This document shows positions 58,899 through 64,000 of a DNA stretch of 64,000 bases, in pieces. The notes below the pieces were generated by a model that was not told the DNA's origin, did no database searches, and saw nothing but the letters and a program-made list of their open reading frames with translations. Numbering within the stretch: the stretch's first letter is position 1; the number at the start of each line of letters is the position of its first letter. The stretch spans positions 108,930 through 172,929 of the forward strand of contig JAWAHS010000002.1 in assembly GCA_038889075.1 (NCBI GenBank), in the 5' to 3' direction. The stretch is from Ignisphaera sp. (lineage in GTDB: Archaea; Thermoproteota; Thermoprotei_A; Sulfolobales; Ignisphaeraceae). The translations under genes were made by a program, and so were the position numbers.

Positions 58899-59852
58899 AT
58901 GTTATACGATAGATTCAATAGAGCACTAAGGAATTTAAGAATCAGTGTAACATATGATTGCAACTTCAACTGCATCTACTGTCATAAGGAGGGATGGGGT
59001 TACAGAGATGATGATATCCTCACAGCTGAGGAGATCGGAATTATAGCATCTGTTGCAAAATCTTTAAATATAGACGAATTTAAACTAACAGGTGGTGAGC
59101 CTCTTCTTAGGAAAGATATAGTTAAAATAGTTGAAATTCTTAGAAAGCTTAATCCTAGAGATATTTCAATGACTACAAATGGGTTTCTTCTCGATAGACT
59201 AGCAAGACCTCTCTGCGAAGCGGGTCTTATGAGACTTAATATCAATTTACCTACGCTTAATAGAGAAAAGTATAGAATGATTACCGGTGTAGACGGCTTA
59301 GAAAATATATTAAAGGGGATAGAGGTTGCACACGAATACCGACTACCTATAGCATTAAATGTCGTTCTCCTTAGAGATATTAATGACAATGAATATAGAG
59401 AATTCATAGAGTTTGCACAGCGTTATGAAGCTAAGGTAAGATTTATCGAATTGGAGCCCATTATGATTGATGCTGAGGTATTTAGGAAGCTGTACATCTC
59501 AGCTAGTAAAGTCATCGATTATCTAGAGGGGATAAGTATATCCAAAACCTATAGAGAACTTAACCATAGACCTGTGTATACCCTTAGCAATGGTGTTAAG
59601 GTCGAGGTTATTAAGTGGCTTGGAAATAGGTATTTCTGTTCATACTGTAATAGAATAAGGCTATCTCCTAATGGAGTTCTGAAACCGTGTGTAATGATTG
59701 AATATGGAGTCGATTTAAAACAGTTTCTAAGACCCACAGTAGATCTTGATGGATTAAGAAAAGCATTTGCTGAGGTAAATCAGATGAGAATACCATATAA
59801 TATGGTGCTCCATAATAGAACTTTCATTACAAAATCTATGCAAAACTCTTAA
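58899..59852 (+). CDS. moaA: GTP 3',8-cyclase (molybdopterin biosynthesis)
   Basis: DRFNR...LRISVT..CNF.C.YC, LTGGEPLLR, MTTNG, FC..CNR.RL...G..KPC. Confidence 0.93.
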   Translation: MLYDRFNRALRNLRISVTYDCNFNCIYCHKEGWGYRDDDILTAEEIGIIASVAKSLNIDEFKLTGGEPLLRKDIVKIVEILRKLNPRDISMTTNGFLLDRLARPLCEAGLMRLNINLPTLNREKYRMITGVDGLENILKGIEVAHEYRLPIALNVVLLRDINDNEYREFIEFAQRYEAKVRFIELEPIMIDAEVFRKLYISASKVIDYLEGISISKTYRELNHRPVYTLSNGVKVEVIKWLGNRYFCSYCNRIRLSPNGVLKPCVMIEYGVDLKQFLRPTVDLDGLRKAFAEVNQMRIPYNMVLHNRTFITKSMQNS

Positions 59853-59897
59853 GTCAGCTAGATCTAGTAGAAGCTTTACCTTATAGGGTTAAAATCT

Positions 59898-61163
59898 ATG
59901 GTTATGGTGTATTTTGATCAAGTAAGATACCTTGAAGATACTCTAGAGATAGCATATAGGGATGGTTCTCTAGAGACCAATAGGCTAACTGCTTCAGTAC
60001 ATGGCTATAGATTTAATAGAGATGGATGCTGGTTTATTACATCAATTCAAAATAGCAGTCCAACGGATCTTAATATCATTAAGGCAAAGGCGATGAGATA
60101 TTTAACTGATAGAAGTTGCGGAGGTTTTGCTGAGGCAGCTCTCTTTAAAGGATACATTGAAGTAGGGAGAGAATTGCCTCAAGAAGATGAGATAGTCGAA
60201 CTAATTAAAAATCTATGTGATGAAGCGAAAGCATTGAATAGTATAAGATGTGAGATAATAGTTGATATGAAATCTATGGAAAGAGAAATCGTGAGAGAGA
60301 ATGGCGAGATAGCTCGTGAGGTTAGAAAGGTAGTTGAAATTGAAGTTGGTCTTATGAAATTATATGAGGCCTCCTCACAAATTTTTGCAACAAACTATAC
60401 AGCCATAATTCCATGGACAAAGGAGCACGTCACGAAAACCATAGATATGTTATTTCGGGAAACTATAAATAAATTCAATACGTATTCAAAGGCACGTTCA
60501 TTAAAACCGTATCAGTATGGTAGGGCTAATGTTATACTAGGTTTTGAAGCGGCTGCTGCATTAATACATGAAGTATCTCATCTACTTGAGGCAGATTACC
60601 AGCATAGCCAGAGGTTGGTAGGTAGCATAATTGCATCGAAAGATTTTAATGTATATGATAGTCCGCACGACTATGACTCACCGACAATAAGGTTCTTTGA
60701 TGATGAATCTGTTTCGACTAAGAAAAGAACGTTGGTTGAGGATGGTATTGTAAGGGATTTGCACCATACTAGAAACACTGCTGCGGTACATGGATCAGAA
60801 CCTGGCTCAGCCTACGGATTATTTCAAAGACCAATACCATTTCATACTACATTGGTTCTCAGATCAGGAGATTGGAAAGAGATGGAAATGGTAAGTGAGA
60901 CGAGGGAAGGTTTCTACATTGGGGGAATAGCCATGGCAACTTTAGAGAGAGGTTATATAAGAATGGTACCCGATAATAGCTTTATTATTGAAAATGGTGA
61001 ATTCTCTGAGGCCGTGAAGATTCGTGAGGTTAAGGTACCATTAGCAAGTCTGAAAACAATAAGTGCAATATCTAGAACACCTCGGACCAGAGTATCGAGG
61101 GAGAGGGGATGGATCATAGCTGAGAAGGCACCATATGTAAAACTGGAAGTATTTGTTATGTAG
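59898..61163 (+). CDS. TldD/PmbA family metalloprotease (TldD-like)
   Basis: A..IHE.SH.LEAD (HExxH), FDDE, LV..G. Confidence 0.82.
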   Translation: MVMVYFDQVRYLEDTLEIAYRDGSLETNRLTASVHGYRFNRDGCWFITSIQNSSPTDLNIIKAKAMRYLTDRSCGGFAEAALFKGYIEVGRELPQEDEIVELIKNLCDEAKALNSIRCEIIVDMKSMEREIVRENGEIAREVRKVVEIEVGLMKLYEASSQIFATNYTAIIPWTKEHVTKTIDMLFRETINKFNTYSKARSLKPYQYGRANVILGFEAAAALIHEVSHLLEADYQHSQRLVGSIIASKDFNVYDSPHDYDSPTIRFFDDESVSTKKRTLVEDGIVRDLHHTRNTAAVHGSEPGSAYGLFQRPIPFHTTLVLRSGDWKEMEMVSETREGFYIGGIAMATLERGYIRMVPDNSFIIENGEFSEAVKIREVKVPLASLKTISAISRTPRTRVSRERGWIIAEKAPYVKLEVFVM

Positions 61164-61761
61164 TACATAAATCCATAGCAATCTTTCTTACATATAATGC
61201 TAGCACTAGGGAATCTAGTAATATTATGCCTAAGATTCGATTCATGAAGTGGCAACTATATTTAATTCTTATGGTATGACTATCAATAGGAATGTATAGC
61301 CTTACTTCATTTATATATTCTCCCGAACTCTTTGGATGGATATTTCTAAAGGATTCTATATACTCAATAACTCTATCTACTAATTCCCCTGCACTAGAAT
61401 ATTTCAAAATACCTTTAGCTGTTACTACGATAAAGCTATTTTCCCTATAGATGAGGGTAAGTATGGTAGATATGCTATTATCGAATTTCAATTTTATATT
61501 ACAGAACGTTTTACTGACATATTTCTTCAACTCGTTGAGGTAATTATATAGCACACAATAGAGCAGGTCTGCCTCATAGAATTCAAAAACAATAAAGTTG
61601 TTATTAATATGTCTATATAGAGAACCTAGGCTACAGTCAATACCACTATAGTCACCACGTAGAATAGTTTCACTGGGAACAAAAGCATAGCAGAGATTTC
61701 CATACGTATAGAATCTTTCAGCAATCTTCATTGTCTTCTTTAGTGACATCTTTGTCATCAC
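61156..61761 (-). CDS. hypothetical protein
   Basis: 201-aa ORF filling the space; convergent overlap with the TldD gene; no motif recognised. Confidence 0.5.
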   Translation of the reverse strand: MMTKMSLKKTMKIAERFYTYGNLCYAFVPSETILRGDYSGIDCSLGSLYRHINNNFIVFEFYEADLLYCVLYNYLNELKKYVSKTFCNIKLKFDNSISTILTLIYRENSFIVVTAKGILKYSSAGELVDRVIEYIESFRNIHPKSSGEYINEVRLYIPIDSHTIRIKYSCHFMNRILGIILLDSLVLALYVRKIAMDLCTT

Positions 61762-61966
61762 GTTTTAAAGTCTATGTACGGTCTCTGCTTTAAGATCTTT
61801 AAAGTAAAGAGACTGGGCAAAGCAGGAGGAGATCTCAAGTAGAGGTTTGCCCTAGGTAACGGGAGCTAGTGGTACGGTATGTGATGGGCAAATAGCAAAG
61901 GATTTTTATATGCCGATAAAATCCTATGGAACTCAACTATACTCACACTACTAGCTATGCATGGAT

Positions 61967-62332
61967 CTATGTAATATCTTTAGCATCTAGACCAACATCC
62001 TTTAAGATAATTTCAGCAATTCTCTTTTTAATCTCCATATCATTTGTTGATGATAATATGAAACCTAGTGCAATTATCTTTGTACTCCTTCTAATTGCTG
62101 AAGTCAGGTTATCCATTGAGTCTCTAACTTCCCTAATACTTTGTATAACATGTATTAAGAGCTCCTGTATATGCTCAAGCTGGTGTACTACAGCATCAAT
62201 TCTGGAAACTCCACCTTCCTCGCTAAGGCTATGCTGGTGAATACTCTTTTCAATTTCCTCACTTATTTTTCTTACATCCTCTTCACTCTTAGGAATCTCC
62301 ATTCTACCGAATTTAATCACTATTGTCATCAC
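61967..62332 (-). CDS. hypothetical coiled-coil protein
   Basis: Heptad-like helical pattern; AT-rich promoter-like region upstream. Confidence 0.65.
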   Translation of the reverse strand: MMTIVIKFGRMEIPKSEEDVRKISEEIEKSIHQHSLSEEGGVSRIDAVVHQLEHIQELLIHVIQSIREVRDSMDNLTSAIRRSTKIIALGFILSSTNDMEIKKRIAEIILKDVGLDAKDIT

Positions 62333-62494
62333 CTAGATTTTCGATCTCTCACAGTGAATTTATTATATATAATAACTAATATTTTTATTTTAATATCGAT
62401 CTAATTTATTTTAATAGATTTATCTTATACGATTTAACCTTTCCAGATCTTTGTGCAATATTTAATAGTAATGTTGTATCAATTAGTTGCTTTG

Positions 62495-62980
62495 TCATCT
62501 TATGTTATCTAGGTTTTCGTACTGGTAGCTACCTCGATAGGTAAAGCTTGTTTTTCTATCCATGTAAATGAATACAAGCTGGGCTATCTGAGCAGACGTC
62601 TCAATTTCTATTCCATTTGGATTGAAAACTACCATTAACCCCTCGCCTCTACCATTATATCCAGGATCCCATACAGCAGTATATATTGTTGCTCCTGCTC
62701 TTAATAGAGTTGATCTCGGTATTGCTAGAGCTATTGCATTGTTAGGAACCTCTATTACCTCTTTGTATCGTATTTTGTAGGGTCCAGGTCCGAGTATATA
62801 GAGATTCCTTTCATTAGGTTTAATTTCATCTACTTCAGGCAGATATTTATATTCGCGGTGTAGCTTACCTCTATCTTTAAAGACGAAGATTTTATCTAGA
62901 TGTAGCTTTAGACCAGCACAATCAATATCGTTAACTCTAAGGTTGAATATTTCTAAGAGTGTTTCAGGAGATAATATCAT
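62495..62980 (-). CDS. dUTPase/dCTP deaminase family protein
   Basis: PRSTL.R.G, VWDPGY.G, IAQLVF, Y.G.YQ. Confidence 0.9.
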   Translation of the reverse strand: MILSPETLLEIFNLRVNDIDCAGLKLHLDKIFVFKDRGKLHREYKYLPEVDEIKPNERNLYILGPGPYKIRYKEVIEVPNNAIALAIPRSTLLRAGATIYTAVWDPGYNGRGEGLMVVFNPNGIEIETSAQIAQLVFIYMDRKTSFTYRGSYQYENLDNIR

Positions 62981-63042
62981 TATACAGTTCCCGGTGAAGT
63001 GCTGTAGGTGTAGGAAATTTTATAAAACAGCATCCCTATCCA

Positions 63043-63999
63043 TTAATGGGCCACGGTCTTTGTTAAATACCTTGGGCTATCTATAGGTCTTCCCAATAGT
63101 ACACCAAGTCTATATGCCATAAATTGCAGTGGTATGGTCATGGCTATAGGAGTTAGATGTCTTTCAAAATATGGGATGCGTATTACGGTAGCCTGACTCA
63201 GACTATCTAGATACTGATCTGTATCAAATCCTATTACAACGGTTTTCGCACCTCTATCAATTGCAAGCCGAATGAGATCGTATGTAGGTAGTATAGCAGG
63301 CTTTTCAAAGGGTATGAGGAATATTGTGAATATTCCACTCTCTAATAAAGACTGCGGTCCATGTCTAAATTCACCAGCCTCTACACCCTCGGCATGAACA
63401 TATGCTGTCTCCTTAAACTTTAGAGCCCCTTCTAACGCGATTGGATACGTTATTCCTCTTGAAGTTATATAACCACTCCTACAGTTCATTATGTATTCGG
63501 TAGCTTTTGATGCTTCCATATCTATTCTCCGCATATGGTTTAGTAATACTTCGCCGAAAGACCACAGCTTCTTAATACGCTCCCTATATTCCGAGTCGTG
63601 TAGTCTTCCATTATGGCGTGAGGCATGTAGTGATATTAGGTATAGAAGCGTAAGTGTTGATGTAAAGGTTTTTGTAGCAGGTATAGCAATTTCAGGACCG
63701 GCAGCGACAGGCAGGTAAAGATTTGATAGATTGGCAAGTCTGGATCCTATATAGTTTGTTATACCCATAATAGTTGCACCTCTCACCTTGGCTTCGAAAA
63801 CAGATTGTATAACATCTTTGGTCTCACCAGATTGCGAAATGGCTATAATAACAGTACCTGGAGATACATTCTCTACATAATATAGTGGGAATTCAGCAGC
63901 GCTAACAACAATCGAATTTATTCCAGCAAGCTCAGAGAGGTAGTAAGAGGCTATTAGACCTGCATGGAGACTCGTACCATTACCTATGATAAATACATT
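63043..63999 (-). CDS. glmS: glucosamine-6-phosphate synthase, SIS domains (5' truncated by window edge)
   Basis: Frame open to the edge: G.GTSLHAG, SQSGET.D, AGPEIA..ATK.F, EGALK.KE..Y.HAE, GE.RHGP, PR.L.K.V. Confidence 0.93.
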   Translation of the reverse strand, partial: NVFIIGNGTSLHAGLIASYYLSELAGINSIVVSAAEFPLYYVENVSPGTVIIAISQSGETKDVIQSVFEAKVRGATIMGITNYIGSRLANLSNLYLPVAAGPEIAIPATKTFTSTLTLLYLISLHASRHNGRLHDSEYRERIKKLWSFGEVLLNHMRRIDMEASKATEYIMNCRSGYITSRGITYPIALEGALKFKETAYVHAEGVEAGEFRHGPQSLLESGIFTIFLIPFEKPAILPTYDLIRLAIDRGAKTVVIGFDTDQYLDSLSQATVIRIPYFERHLTPIAMTIPLQFMAYRLGVLLGRPIDSPRYLTKTVAH

Positions 64000-64000
64000 C

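Noticed and set aside
57178-61163. Ferredoxin, B12 radical SAM, MoaA and TldD as a RiPP cluster
   Set aside because: Mixed orientations, no precursor peptide or exporter seen; MoaA has ordinary molybdopterin motifs.
1-64000. CRISPR arrays, IS elements, rRNA genes
   Set aside because: No regularly spaced repeats, transposase ORFs or long GC-rich RNA genes were observed.

Overview
AT-rich chromosomal window of a hyperthermophilic crenarchaeon. Reverse gyrase, two Alba genes, a long S6e and GGTGA Shine-Dalgarno motifs point to Desulfurococcales (inferred, Ignisphaera-like). Contents in order: (1) a sugar-utilisation island (three Gfo/Idh/MocA oxidoreductases, GH20, GH31, Dpp/Opp-type ABC transporter without a binding protein); (2) the S13-S4-S11-Rpo3-L18e-L13-S9-Rpo10-S2 cluster; (3) isoprenoid genes ipk-fni-gds and gltX; (4) an L7Ae-S28e-L24e-aIF5B-S6e-aIF2gamma-PIN-Rpo7 block with alternating gene orientation; (5) alba-rgy-alba2 and a TadC-like/pilin pair; (6) an intron-containing tRNA-Tyr; (7) galK/galT/NDP-sugar synthase/two GH57 genes; (8) dys, biotin carrier plus carboxyltransferase, valS, GT2, ferredoxin, radical SAM enzymes, TldD, dUTPase and partial glmS. 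No CRISPR array, integrase or transposase was seen. The most interesting signals lie outside the ORF track: a convergent pair of box C/D sRNAs next to tRNA-Tyr whose guides match the conserved 5' and 3' ends of 16S rRNA (U3-like chaperone hypothesis), a third C/D sRNA where spt4 usually sits, a 27-aa Lys/Glu microprotein with its own TATA box, a 99-bp identical tract shared by the two ABC ATPase genes, and a possible decayed mevalonate kinase. All calls come from reading motifs by eye; no database searches were run.
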